Source: Verrucomicrobiales bacterium
GTDB lineage: Bacteria; Verrucomicrobiota; Verrucomicrobiia; Verrucomicrobiales; V1-33
DNA: 64,000 nucleotides
NCBI GenBank assembly: GCA_031411295.1
Contig: JANOAV010000033.1
Span: 1 to 64,000, forward strand
Direction: 5' to 3'
Positions 21,601 through 30,694 of this stretch are shown here, one piece after another; the first letter of the stretch is position 1, and every line of letters starts with the position of its first letter. The notes beneath the pieces are model-generated. The model searched no databases. It was given only the letters and a program-made list of their open reading frames with translations, and was not told where the DNA came from. The position numbers and the translations under genes are program-made.

Positions 21601-22135
21601 GACAGGATCTTTTTATTGGGGCATTTCCTCGGAGAATACCTATGATTTCCTCCGCTTCTATGTCGATGACGTGGAGTTGCCGGGAGTCCCGGCTATCTCT
21701 GGCGAGGTCGGTTGGACGTTGCGAAACTTCACCCTCTCCCCAGGGATGCACCAACTGAAATGGGCTTACATCAAAGACGATTTCGTCAAATCCGGTCTGG
21801 ATGCAGGCTTCGTTGATCAACTGGTGATCACGCAATCCGCCATGCTCGATGCGGACAACGATGGTTTCTCCAACGTGCTGGAATGCTATTTCGGCACCAG
21901 CGATTATCTGGCCGACCAACGCCCGATCCCCACCATGGCCTCCTCCATCCTTGGCGTCACGATCCATTTTCCGACCCTGCCCGGAAATGCCTACCAAGTC
22001 GAATGCAGCAAGGATATGGTTCTCTGGAGTCCGCTGGCCACGATCACGGCTACCAGCACCACCTCCTCCTTCACTGATCCTGCCGCGCTGTTGCTGGAAC
22101 GTTGTTTCTATCGGGTGGTGATTCCTGCGCCTTGA
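18638..22135 (+). CDS. Secreted S8 peptidase, kexin/furin-like, with P domain, Ig-like (He_PIG) repeats and duplicated beta-sandwich domains
   Basis: Catalytic VDDG, HGTACAG, AAGNG, GGTSSACP. P domain (VEHVTV...H..RGQL...SPSG...FMTTHFWGE..GNWKL). ASGLPAG.TI...TG.ISG repeats. C-terminal DADNDGFSN..E.YFGT. Start placed at ATG 18638. Confidence 0.9.
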   Translation: MRIAFLCPWANLRLSLLCSLLTTGVAQADLLVRGRNYEVSPVEVSAKGEWVVYPKGAPHVEANKAWLSKRVLVEIAPGFAIPDVASVPDVTATSNRGKFVIVTLRGGADAALKGARRLSLLPGVKQAEPMLARQQQKRFIPNDPYFGYNASNPGYQWHLQNTAHYGGTAGIDADVVPAWDSFQGFGVRIGIVDDGLEVAHPDLAPNADTVNDYDFNFLDGDPSPGSGDNHGTACAGVAAARGDNSLGGTGAAPQATLVGMRLIAGATTDADEADAFSYKKDIIAIKSNSWGPYDGGFGAGGPGPVSTAALEDATVTGRGGLGTVFVWAAGNGNQNGDDSNYDGWSGSPFTMAVSAITDTGVQAYYSEPGANILICAPSNGGSESITTTDRVGSAGYNSGGGGDYTDSNFTRTFGGTSSACPLAAGVSALILQANPNLSYRDVQEILVRTAKQNDPYDGGWVTNGAGFHFNVKYGAGLLDAAAATAMATTWTNLPALVQQSQTAAGLNLPIPDNDTNGASQTFSVTHANNLRVEHVTVALNATHGYRGQLAWYLTSPSGVRSRLARSRANDTESNLDWTFMTTHFWGERSEGNWKLTVTDETVGYTGTLNSAKITFYGTPAPADLPLPVITSATGIAGREGAVLHYHVTASNFSTSYAASGLPAGITINALTGEISGLPAVTGADALYFGTLSATNATGTTTVSLVIQILAAVPALAAAVDQPPSALIVPFGDAKWFSQTTTTHDTVDAAQSGDIADDEFTGMEMTVMGPTTISFQWKVSSEAAYDYLIFVVDGKIINFISGEQDWSVISYAVGPGTHNVDFDYFKDGSVSNGADAGWIDELVLTPITTPPVVTGGEVSAYDGVLFSYQITGTNAPTAYSATGLPAGLSIAASTGLISGTPTALGNSAITIGATNDFGTGTAVLTLKVGSLVEGLAAAVDAPCQVFTTSGNGLWTPQTIYYHDGVDAARSGTIGDLSQSVMTTQVMGPATGSFYWGISSENTYDFLRFYVDDVELPGVPAISGEVGWTLRNFTLSPGMHQLKWAYIKDDFVKSGLDAGFVDQLVITQSAMLDADNDGFSNVLECYFGTSDYLADQRPIPTMASSILGVTIHFPTLPGNAYQVECSKDMVLWSPLATITATSTTSSFTDPAALLLERCFYRVVIPAP

Positions 22136-22206
22136 CTCTACTTTGTTATCCCGGTGGGGGGCCAGCCTTAGCACAACCGACTTGGCCCCGCCACAAAGCT
22201 GCTCGC

Positions 22207-22397
22207 AAAGTAGCCGTCATCGCTCCGCGTGACGGCAGGCTTTCGCGGGCGCATGCGAGTTCGGAGCCAGTCTGCCTAACGCAGGACGGCGTTGGGAGCA
22301 ACAGCGCATGGCAGGGACGCTGGCGTATAGTGATTCGTAGCGGCGGCCGGACAGGGAAATCGCGCTGGTCATCACGCGGAGCGATGATGACTACTTT
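22207..22397. repeat. REP-like inverted doublet / MITE-like element (second GTAG family)
   Basis: AAAGTAGCCGTCATCGCTCCGCGTGACG (22207-22234) versus CATCACGCGGAGCGATGATGACTACTTT (22370-22397): 28 bp inverted arms with 3 mismatches. Confidence 0.75.
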
Positions 22398-22405
22398 AAG
22401 GGACC

Positions 22406-22490
22406 GTGGTCCGGGGCTTCAGTCCGTCAAATCCTCCCCGTGAATCAGACATCTGAATTCGCCCGGAACATTTCTGCGGGCTTGCGCCGG
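22406..22490. repeat. Degenerate inverted copy of the 1855-1947 element
   Basis: GTGGTCCGGGGCTTCAGTCCGTCAAA...ATCAGAC...TGAAT...CCCGG...CTGCGGGC aligns without gaps to the reverse complement of about 1865-1947, including the spacer. Confidence 0.7.
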
Positions 22491-22669
22491 CATTAGCCCC
22501 ACAGAGTCACGCGCCGAATGCTGCTGTCGGCCTGACGCTCCAAAGTCATTGGTGCCGACTGCTCAATGGCGGTCAGCGCAAGATCACCGAGATGCCGGGT
22601 GCCATTAATTGTCCGCCACCGACCGAAGCTGATTGAATCCAGCGGAATTCGCGTTATGAATGCGGCTAC

Positions 22670-24184
22670 ATGAATCAGACGCCCTCCCTGAAGCCTTTCT
22701 TTACCACCTGCGCGGCCATATTTTTGCCACTGCTGGGCGCCTTTGCGATCTTCTCACAATGGCCCGGGTATGGGGTGGCGGATTTGATGCAGGGAAAACC
22801 TGCTCCGCACGAATCGACCGCGCCATCTACTCCACCAAAGCAGAGTGTGGCCGAGGCCTTGGATCAGGAATTTAAAGAACTAGCCGAACGCGTCATGCCC
22901 AGCGTGGTCAGCGTCGATACTACGAAAGAGAAGGCATTCAAAAACGTCCTCGTGGAGAAGCGATCCACCATCAAGGAACTTCAGGGCACGGAATACGTCA
23001 TCACCCCTGGGGTCGGATCGGGAGTTATTGTCAGCAAGGATGGCTACATTCTCACCTGTTGGCATGTGATCAAGGACCTCGACTGGGAGAACGGCCGTGA
23101 CTCCTGCTCCGTGCGCCTGCATCAGGAGCGGGAGCCACGTGAAGTCGAGCTGGTGGGCGTGGATCGCAAAACGGACGTGGCCGTGCTGAAGCTGCGCCAA
23201 GCCCCAGATCATGAGTTGGCCGTCCTGCCATTTGGAAATTCCGACCTGATGCACCGGGGCAATATTGTCATGGCGGTGGGTTCACCCTTTGGTCTGTTCG
23301 ACACCGTTTCCCAAGGCATCCTCAGCAATTGTGATCGCAAGTTGAGTGATACCGACGATGCGTTGCCCTATTTCCAGACCGACTGTGTCATTAATCCCGG
23401 CAACTCCGGTGGGCCCTTGGTCAATCTCAAGGGCGAGATCATCGGCATCAACTGGGCGCTCTATTCCGGTCAGTCCGATGTCCATACCTGGCAGGGCATC
23501 GGTCTCGTCGTGCGCTCCAATGAAGCCAAAGCCGCCCTGGATGTCATCCGCCACCAAAGCGGCCCGCGGCCCTTCCTGGGGCTGGGGATTGACGAAACAA
23601 AGTTTGATCCCTTGCAGGAAGATCGCAGAGTCTTCATTTCCGAAGTGTCCAAAGATTCTCCCGCCACCACGGCAGGATTGCAGGTGAACGACACCATCCA
23701 GGCGATCGACGACATGCCGGTGGCTAACATGGCGGAAGCCTGGAAACGCATGCGGCTTAAACTGGTGGGAGAGACCGTGGAGTTCAAAATAACCCGGGGA
23801 ACCGAGGCCGAGCCACTAACGCTCAAACTCACCGTGGCGGACATGGACAAGGATAGCCCGCCGCCGCCACAGATTGTGGATCTCACCAAAGCACTGGGCC
23901 TCAAAGTGAAAAACTGTGAGGGCCGGGAACGCTTCACCTACAAGATTCGTCAGTGGACGCATGGGGATGACTTCGTGCTCGTCTGGGACGTGGATCGGGA
24001 CGGTCCGTTAGCGGGAAGAGTTCGCCAAGGCGATATCCTCCTCAGTCTGGATGGTGGTCCGAGAATTAAATCCACCGCCGAATTGGAGGCGGCTCTTAAA
24101 TCCCGCAAAAACCACGATGCATTGATCTTGGAGGTTTGGCGGGATGCCCAGACGATTTTGAACGTCGAGGTCGGACCGCAATAA
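22670..24184 (+). CDS. HtrA/DegP-family trypsin-like serine protease with two PDZ domains
   Basis: GSGVIV..DGYILTCWHV, TDVAVLK, QTDCVINPGNSGGPLVN. N-terminal anchor and two C-terminal PDZ-like domains. Confidence 0.92.
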   Translation: MNQTPSLKPFFTTCAAIFLPLLGAFAIFSQWPGYGVADLMQGKPAPHESTAPSTPPKQSVAEALDQEFKELAERVMPSVVSVDTTKEKAFKNVLVEKRSTIKELQGTEYVITPGVGSGVIVSKDGYILTCWHVIKDLDWENGRDSCSVRLHQEREPREVELVGVDRKTDVAVLKLRQAPDHELAVLPFGNSDLMHRGNIVMAVGSPFGLFDTVSQGILSNCDRKLSDTDDALPYFQTDCVINPGNSGGPLVNLKGEIIGINWALYSGQSDVHTWQGIGLVVRSNEAKAALDVIRHQSGPRPFLGLGIDETKFDPLQEDRRVFISEVSKDSPATTAGLQVNDTIQAIDDMPVANMAEAWKRMRLKLVGETVEFKITRGTEAEPLTLKLTVADMDKDSPPPPQIVDLTKALGLKVKNCEGRERFTYKIRQWTHGDDFVLVWDVDRDGPLAGRVRQGDILLSLDGGPRIKSTAELEAALKSRKNHDALILEVWRDAQTILNVEVGPQ

Positions 24185-24245
24185 GCCGCCCATCAGGGGT
24201 GTTTCTCTGATTGCGCAACCTCCTGGTTGGGTCCACGTCTCTGCC

Positions 24246-25946
24246 ATGTCCCGCTCTGCGATCTATTCCATTTTCACTCTGACCGTGCTCTTCATGGCGG
24301 TGTTCTTTCTCTTCCCGATTCTGGTTTCGGTGAAGTCCGCGTTCGTTGGCCCTGACGGGAAATGGACCCTCAGCTATCTCATGGAGATCATGGACAACCC
24401 CCTGTATCGGGAAGGGCTGTGGAATTCCTTCCGCATGGCCGTCGGCAGCACTGCGCTGTCGCTGGCCATCGCCCTTCCCCTGGCCATGCTGGCCAGTCGT
24501 TATGAGTTTCCGGGGAAAATGTTGCTCACCTCCCTGGTGCTCATCCCGCTGATCCTCCCACCGTTCGTGGGCGCGCTGGGCATCTCTGCCATGCTGCGAC
24601 CCTACGGGGCCATCATGACGCTGCTGGGGCAGTTGGGTATTGTTTCCAAACTCAACCCACCCGATCTCTTGGGCTCCGGAGCCCTGACCGGGGTGATTTT
24701 GATGAATGCGCTGCATTTGTATCCCATCTTCTTTTTAAACATTACGGCGGCCCTGGCAAACCTGGACCCAGCCATGGAGGAGAGCGCAGCCAACCTCGGC
24801 TGTCCTCCCTGGCGACGTTTCTTCCGCATCACGCTGCCGCTGGCTATGCCGGGGATTTTTGCCGGTGGCGTCATCGTCTTCATCTGGGCGTTTACCGAAC
24901 TCGGGGTGCCCCTGATGTTCCAATACAGCCGCGTCACCAGCGTGCAGATCTTCGACGGCATCAAAGACCTCGGCGGCAACCCCATTCCCTACGCGCTGGT
25001 CGTCGTGACCTTCATGGTCTCCGTCACCATCTTCCTCCTCAGCAAGAAGCTCATGGGCAATAACGACTACGCCAGCAGCGGTCGCGCAGCCACCACCTCG
25101 CAAGTGCGCACGCTCACAGGATCCGTGGGATGGCTCTGTGCGGCGGTCTTCGCATTGGTGATCGGCATCGCCATCCTGCCGCACGTGGGAGTATTCTTTA
25201 CCGCCTTCAGCAACGACTGGTATCGGACCGTCTTCCCCTCCCAGATGACCACTGACAACATCAGCGATGCTCTGGGCCATCCCATCGCGTTGCCCAGCAT
25301 TCGCAACAGTCTCATCTACGCCAGCCTGGCCACCGTCGTGGATCTCGTGCTCGGCGTGGCCATCGCCTTCATCGTCACCCGGACCAAAGTGCGCGGACGC
25401 AACCTCCTTGACGCCATGTCCATGCTGCCTCTGGCCGTGCCCGGCCTGGTCATGGCCTTTGGCTATTTCGCAGCCACGCGCGAAGGACAGCCGCTGCATT
25501 TCCTGATGATCGGCAAGCACGAAGCCCCCATCATCCTCCTCATCGTCGCCTACTCCATGCGACGCCTGCCTTATATCGTGCGTTCCGCCGTGGCTGGTTT
25601 CCAGCAAACCAACGTCAGCCTGGAGGAAGCCGCCATGAACCTCGGGGCCTCGCCCATGCGGACCATGAAATTAATCACCCTGCCACTCATAGCCGCCAAC
25701 CTCGTGGCCGGTGGCCTCCTCGCCTTCGCCTTCGCCATGATGGAAGTCTCCGACTCCCTCATCCTCGCCCAACGCCCCGAAGACTACCCCATCACCAAGG
25801 CCATGTATATCCTCTCCGGAAACCTCGGCAACGGAGCCGCCCTCGCCAGCGCGTTAGGCACCTGGTCCATGCTCTTCCTGGGAGTTACCATGATTGGAGC
25901 ATCCCTTATCCTTGGAAAGAAAATGGGCTCACTGTTCCGGGCTTGA
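24246..25946 (+). CDS. ABC transporter permease, Fe3+/FbpB-like (two fused permease domains)
   Basis: About 12 TM segments and two EAA loops (EESAANLG...FFRITLPL, EEAAMNLGAS...ITLPL). Confidence 0.9.
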   Translation: MSRSAIYSIFTLTVLFMAVFFLFPILVSVKSAFVGPDGKWTLSYLMEIMDNPLYREGLWNSFRMAVGSTALSLAIALPLAMLASRYEFPGKMLLTSLVLIPLILPPFVGALGISAMLRPYGAIMTLLGQLGIVSKLNPPDLLGSGALTGVILMNALHLYPIFFLNITAALANLDPAMEESAANLGCPPWRRFFRITLPLAMPGIFAGGVIVFIWAFTELGVPLMFQYSRVTSVQIFDGIKDLGGNPIPYALVVVTFMVSVTIFLLSKKLMGNNDYASSGRAATTSQVRTLTGSVGWLCAAVFALVIGIAILPHVGVFFTAFSNDWYRTVFPSQMTTDNISDALGHPIALPSIRNSLIYASLATVVDLVLGVAIAFIVTRTKVRGRNLLDAMSMLPLAVPGLVMAFGYFAATREGQPLHFLMIGKHEAPIILLIVAYSMRRLPYIVRSAVAGFQQTNVSLEEAAMNLGASPMRTMKLITLPLIAANLVAGGLLAFAFAMMEVSDSLILAQRPEDYPITKAMYILSGNLGNGAALASALGTWSMLFLGVTMIGASLILGKKMGSLFRA

Positions 25947-25969
25947 ATCTGATTCACATGGCGCAGCAC

Positions 25970-25997
25970 TTGCGGATGGCATTTCCTGCGCTAGCTT
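25970..25997 (+). promoter_or_regulatory. Putative sigma70-type promoter, near-leaderless, for the 26003 gene pair
   Basis: TTGCGG-N16-TAGCTT, 5 nt before ATG 26003. Confidence 0.4.
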
Positions 25998-26002
25998 TTC
26001 CC

Positions 26003-26332
26003 ATGACTGAAACCGATACGGAGGGGGACCGCCTGGCTCACCAACGCTTTTGCTTGATCGCTGATAAGATTGCAGCAGATCCAGCCATGTTGTCTATTCC
26101 GCTGGAAAATATTCAGCGGTGGTTGGGCAATGGGCATTGGGCGAAACGGGAACTCACCGTCTGGAAAGGCTGGATTGAAGCGGCTCAGGTGGATCCTGCT
26201 GCGCTGCAACGATTGTTGGATTTGTTGCGGGATGACAGCGAGGAATCGCGTGACTGGAAGGGATTCTCGCCTTTTCCGGGGATTTTGACGAAGGAGGAAA
26301 GACAACACACGCAATGGACCTCAAGGCATTAA
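26003..26332 (+). CDS. Small hypothetical protein, putative partner (antitoxin-like) of the downstream nucleotidyltransferase
   Basis: 109 aa helical protein (IADKIAADP.ML....ENIQRW...W..W...SPFPGILT.EER). Overlaps the next gene by 19 bp. Confidence 0.7.
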   Translation: MTETDTEGDRLAHQRFCLIADKIAADPAMLSIPLENIQRWLGNGHWAKRELTVWKGWIEAAQVDPAALQRLLDLLRDDSEESRDWKGFSPFPGILTKEERQHTQWTSRH

Positions 26333-26865
26333 AGCACTTAGCCAGCGTGGTGCAGGCGATTACCCTGGGCCGGAGGCTGATTGTGTTCGGTTCAATCCTC
26401 CCTCTTCGCCGCTTTCCTGAAGCTGATGACGATTATGAATTAATGAGGCGTTCGATGGACGCTGACTTTGTGCTGGACCCATTTGATGAAACCACTGGGA
26501 AAACGGTAGGGGACGCGATTGGCGCTGAGGCGGATTTTGCCAGTCAATTCGGTTATTACGCAGATATTGTGCGGCCCATTGTGTGTGAAAACTTTCCCCC
26601 AGGCTGGGAGGATCGCGTGATTCCACTGGAGGGAGTGGCCAACGTTTTCTGTTTGGAGCCTCATGACATGGCGGTGGCCAAGCTCTTTGCGGGTCGCCCG
26701 AAAGACATCGCCCTGCTCACGGCTCTGATGAAATCGCAGCGCTTGGATGCCCTGCGGATTTATCATTTGCTGTTCGAAACTCCGATGCCCGAAGCCATGA
26801 TCGTGAAGACCCATAGCCGTCTGAAACAAGCGGCTGATGGAGCTGGCGTGGTTTTGCCGCGGTGA
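26314..26865 (+). CDS. DUF6036-like nucleotidyltransferase
   Basis: Pol-beta-type VFGS ... SMDAD motif, FGYYAD, PPGWEDR, and CLEPHDMAVAKLFAGRPKD. Confidence 0.75.
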   Translation: MDLKALKHLASVVQAITLGRRLIVFGSILPLRRFPEADDDYELMRRSMDADFVLDPFDETTGKTVGDAIGAEADFASQFGYYADIVRPIVCENFPPGWEDRVIPLEGVANVFCLEPHDMAVAKLFAGRPKDIALLTALMKSQRLDALRIYHLLFETPMPEAMIVKTHSRLKQAADGAGVVLPR

Positions 26866-26937
26866 GCTTATTCCTGACGGCACACCTCCCTCCATGGCAG
26901 CCATCGGCTGCTCCCTTCATGCATCCTCGCAAGGGAT

Positions 26938-27756
26938 CTATCTCCGACGACGACCTAAGGAAAGCCCACCGAACACTAGCAACGAACCAAGCAGACTCGG
27001 TTCAGGGACTGCGACTCCAGTGAATCTCACGTTATCGATCGCGTATCCTCCATCGTTGTTCGTAGCTGCGTTGTCATCCGCCCACACCACGTAAATGGAC
27101 GTCCCGGGGGTCACCGGGTTGTCAAACACGATATTAGCGGTGTTGTTGAGGGCGCTCGCATTCACCAAGGACCCGCTGGCAAAAAAGTAGTTTGCGACTG
27201 GCTTGAACGATCCCACCGCTCCACCGACGCTGTAATAGAGGCGATGTCCATTGGCGAATCCGTCATCTGTCGTGGCTCCAGCAGTAGAGACTGAATCGAT
27301 GGCACTGTCCCAGATGACCGACATTCCAGATAAATTACTAGTCCCGCCCACGACAAGATTCCCCATGACGCCAGACCAACTTAACGCAGTCACCTGAGTT
27401 GCCAAATGCGGGTTTGTGAAAATCCCGACCGCGTTTGAATTCACGTATTTGCCCTTGGTATTTGTGCCATTGGCCGTCACCACCGCTAATGCAGTAGCCA
27501 TATCCGTAGCCGCCATCAAACCCAACTGAGTGTCGAAAGTGGCTGTATTGGTAATTGTGGCGCCACTAGCCGCAAAGGTCCCGGTGGTGGTAGCGGCCGT
27601 CAGGGCAGTGGTGGACCAGTCGCTTGCCGCAGGCCCACCAGCTCCGTAGCTGTCAAAATTGTCCGTCGTGGTAGCAGTCGTCAGGGTGAGTGCCTGCACC
27701 GAGGACGCAATGGTCACACCAAGTGCGGTCAGGATTCGGGTTGAAAATTGGCTCAT
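26938..27756 (-). CDS. PEP-CTERM sorting domain protein
   Basis: Signal peptide, Thr/Ala/Ser-rich body, C-terminal VPEPS + hydrophobic segment + RRRR. Confidence 0.9.
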   Translation of the reverse strand: MSQFSTRILTALGVTIASSVQALTLTTATTTDNFDSYGAGGPAASDWSTTALTAATTTGTFAASGATITNTATFDTQLGLMAATDMATALAVVTANGTNTKGKYVNSNAVGIFTNPHLATQVTALSWSGVMGNLVVGGTSNLSGMSVIWDSAIDSVSTAGATTDDGFANGHRLYYSVGGAVGSFKPVANYFFASGSLVNASALNNTANIVFDNPVTPGTSIYVVWADDNAATNNDGGYAIDNVRFTGVAVPEPSLLGSLLVFGGLSLGRRRR

Positions 27757-28006
27757 GAGCGGCGGGTGGGTTGAGGTAATAACTGTGTTGGGGAGTAGCC
27801 AAGGGAAACGCTACTTTTGAGACTACTCCGATTCACCCAGTTTCAACAAGAAAAATCCGCGCCTTTTTTCTATCATTGCAAAAATGACATTTAGCCAACT
27901 GCCTCAGTGCATGGCCGCAAGTCACCCGCGCAACAGAATTGAGGGATTGAAGCCCGGCTGGCGTGTGTCCTAGAGTGGGTCCTGCCTGAAATTCAGACCT
28001 GTGACC

Positions 28007-29101
28007 CTACCCTAAATACGCCCGCAGCAATTCCACGAAGCGTTCATTCTGCGGCATAGTGCCGACGCTGATGCGGATCCATTCAGGCAGGCCGTAGGCG
28101 CGCATGGCGCGGACGATCATGCCTTGGCGGAGGAATTTGGCGAAGAGGTCGTCGCCATCGCCCACTTTGACGAGGACGAAGTTGGCGTGGCTGGGGACGT
28201 ATTCCAGACCCAGTTCCGTGAAGATTTTTTCAAAATAATCCCGGCCTTCGAAGTTGACTTGGCGGGTGCGTTCCAGGTGTTCCTCATCCAGGAGACCAGC
28301 CAAGGCTGCGGCTTGGGCGATGCTGTTGGCATTGAAGGGTTGGCGGGTTTTTTGAATGATATCGGCCAGTTCCTTGGGGGCGATGCCATAGCCGATGCGG
28401 AGGGCGGCCAGGCCCTGGATCTTGGAAAAGGTGCGCAGGACGACGACGTTGCGGCCTTCCCGGACATACTTCAGGGTGTCCGGCGGGTTTTTGAGGAATT
28501 CATAATACGCTTCATCGAAGACGACGACGACGTGGTCTGGCACCTTGTCCATAAAGCGATCCAGCGCGTCCTGTTCCACCAGGGTGCCAGTGGGGTTATT
28601 GGGATTGGCGATGAATACTTCCTTGGTGGCCGGGGTGATGGCGGCGGCCATGGCATCGAGATCGTGGGTGAAGCCGGGATCGTCCACTTCCACCGTGGTG
28701 GCTCCGAAGAGCGTAGCCATCAATTTGTAAACCACAAAGGCATGCTTGGCGGTCACGACTTCGGCCCCGGGGTGCAGGAAGGCGTGGCCGATGAATTCGA
28801 TGATCTCATTCGATCCATTGCCGAGGATGATGTTGCCCATTTCCAGACCAAATTTATTGGCGATGGCGGTGCGGAGTTTAAAGCCCCCGCCGTCCGGGTA
28901 AATGTGGGCATCCTTCAAGGCGGCCTGCATGGCCACCAACGCTTTGGGCGAGGGCCCGAGCGGGTTTTCGTTGGAGGCGAGTTTGATGATTTCCGAAGGA
29001 TTCAACCCGAGTTCACGGGCGACTTCTTCGATGGGTTTCCCCGGTTCGTAACTAACCAGATTGCGGAGTTGTTGATTGGCTTGATTCCAAATGGATGACA
29101 T
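28007..29101 (-). CDS. hisC: Histidinol-phosphate aminotransferase
   Basis: YEPGKP, KLASNENPLG, GNGSNE, ANPNNPTG, DEAY, RTFSK..GLAALRIGY, IRISVG. Start placed at ATG 29101. Confidence 0.95.
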   Translation of the reverse strand: MSSIWNQANQQLRNLVSYEPGKPIEEVARELGLNPSEIIKLASNENPLGPSPKALVAMQAALKDAHIYPDGGGFKLRTAIANKFGLEMGNIILGNGSNEIIEFIGHAFLHPGAEVVTAKHAFVVYKLMATLFGATTVEVDDPGFTHDLDAMAAAITPATKEVFIANPNNPTGTLVEQDALDRFMDKVPDHVVVVFDEAYYEFLKNPPDTLKYVREGRNVVVLRTFSKIQGLAALRIGYGIAPKELADIIQKTRQPFNANSIAQAAALAGLLDEEHLERTRQVNFEGRDYFEKIFTELGLEYVPSHANFVLVKVGDGDDLFAKFLRQGMIVRAMRAYGLPEWIRISVGTMPQNERFVELLRAYLG

Positions 29102-29270
29102 GATGCACCTTCCATAGCGTGGTGGCAGCAGAGCGCAAGTGGCGAGCGGGGGGGCGAAGACCGGCAAATTGGCCTGAAAAAATTTAGCTGTATTCCCCCG
29201 CAAGTGTGCTTAGGTGCGGGTTCCCTCGCCTCTCCCCCACCCTCCCCTTTCTTCACGCAAAAAATTTCCT

Positions 29271-30641
29271 ATGGTAAAAGTCGGCCTTATTTCGCTTGGT
29301 TGTGCCAAGAACCTGATCGATTCCGAAATCATGATCGGCCACCTGCATCAGGCTGGCATGGAAATGACGCCGGATGCAGATCAGGCGGATGTGCTCATTG
29401 TGAACACGTGTTCGTTCATCGATATGGCCAAGAAGGAATCGATCGGCACGATTCAGGATGCAGTGGATGATCGGGCGGAGAACAAGCAGCGGAAGAAACA
29501 GAAGATCATCGTGGCCGGGTGTCTCTCGCAACGTTTCTCCAAGGATCTGCCGGGCCTAATGCCGGAAGTGGATGCGTTCATTGGACTGGATCAGATCACG
29601 AAGGTGGCGCCCATTATCCAAGACTTACTCGGCATCAAGCGCACGGTGGAGAGTGTCCCGGAAAATCACGTCACATTGCAGCCGAACTACATTCCGGATT
29701 ACGACACGCCACGTTTCCGGCTCACGCCGAAACACAGTGCCTATGTGAAAATTGCGGAAGGTTGCAACCACACGTGCAGTTTCTGTATTATTCCGAAAAT
29801 CCGCGGACGCCATCGGAGTCGGACCCAGGAGAGCGTGGTCAAGGAAGTGCGTGATTTGGTGGCCAGCGGCGTAAAGGAAATCAATCTCATCAGCCAGGAC
29901 ACGACTTATTTCGGCATGGATAAGTGGTCGGACTCCCGCGCGACTCCGCGCAGTCCGGTCGATTCCAGCAAAGGAGAATCGCTCGCCACGTTGATCCGTG
30001 AACTGAACACCATTGAAGGAGACTTCTGGATTCGCCTGCTCTACACGCATCCCGCTCACTGGAGTGATGAACTCATTGCCGCCATTGCTGAATGCCCCAA
30101 AGTGGCGCGTTATGTGGATATTCCACTGCAACATATTTCCGACAAGATGCTCAAAGTGATGCGGCGGGAAACGGGTGGTGACTACATCCGTGATCTGATC
30201 AAACGCATGCGGGCCGGCATCCCTGGCATCGCCATCCGCACCACGTTCATCGTGGGCTTCCCGGGTGAGACGAAGGAAGATTTCACAGAACTGCTGGAGT
30301 TCATTCGCGAGACGAAATTCGAACGGGCCGGCGTCTTTAAATATAGTCGCGAAGAAGGCACCAAGGCCTACACGCTGGACGAACGGATTCACCACAAGAC
30401 CACTGAAAGCCGCTGGAATCAAGCGATGGCAGCGCTGCAGGAACTCAGCGAGGAGTTCAACCAGAAGCAGGTGGGCAACACGGTTCGAGTGTTAGTGGAA
30501 ACTCCCGGTAGTGCCCGCACCTTCATGGATGCTCCGGATATTGACGGCACGGTGTTCGTGGATAAGAAACTTCCCGTAGGCCAATTTGCTGACGTCAAAA
30601 TCAACGACTGGCGTGGGTATGATCTGGTGGCGAATCGCTAG
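29271..30641 (+). CDS. rimO: Ribosomal protein S12 methylthiotransferase
   Basis: [18 protein letters not shown], radical [45 protein letters not shown]. Confidence 0.96.
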   Translation: MVKVGLISLGCAKNLIDSEIMIGHLHQAGMEMTPDADQADVLIVNTCSFIDMAKKESIGTIQDAVDDRAENKQRKKQKIIVAGCLSQRFSKDLPGLMPEVDAFIGLDQITKVAPIIQDLLGIKRTVESVPENHVTLQPNYIPDYDTPRFRLTPKHSAYVKIAEGCNHTCSFCIIPKIRGRHRSRTQESVVKEVRDLVASGVKEINLISQDTTYFGMDKWSDSRATPRSPVDSSKGESLATLIRELNTIEGDFWIRLLYTHPAHWSDELIAAIAECPKVARYVDIPLQHISDKMLKVMRRETGGDYIRDLIKRMRAGIPGIAIRTTFIVGFPGETKEDFTELLEFIRETKFERAGVFKYSREEGTKAYTLDERIHHKTTESRWNQAMAALQELSEEFNQKQVGNTVRVLVETPGSARTFMDAPDIDGTVFVDKKLPVGQFADVKINDWRGYDLVANR

Positions 30642-30694
30642 GGTGTGGTGATCTCCTGACTTGGCAGCGGCGGAAATTCGCTCCATGTTCTCGA

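Noticed and set aside
27790..27835. Inverted repeat upstream of the PEP-CTERM gene as a riboswitch
   Set aside because: The stem is short and imperfect, overlaps a likely promoter, and matches no riboswitch consensus I can recognise.
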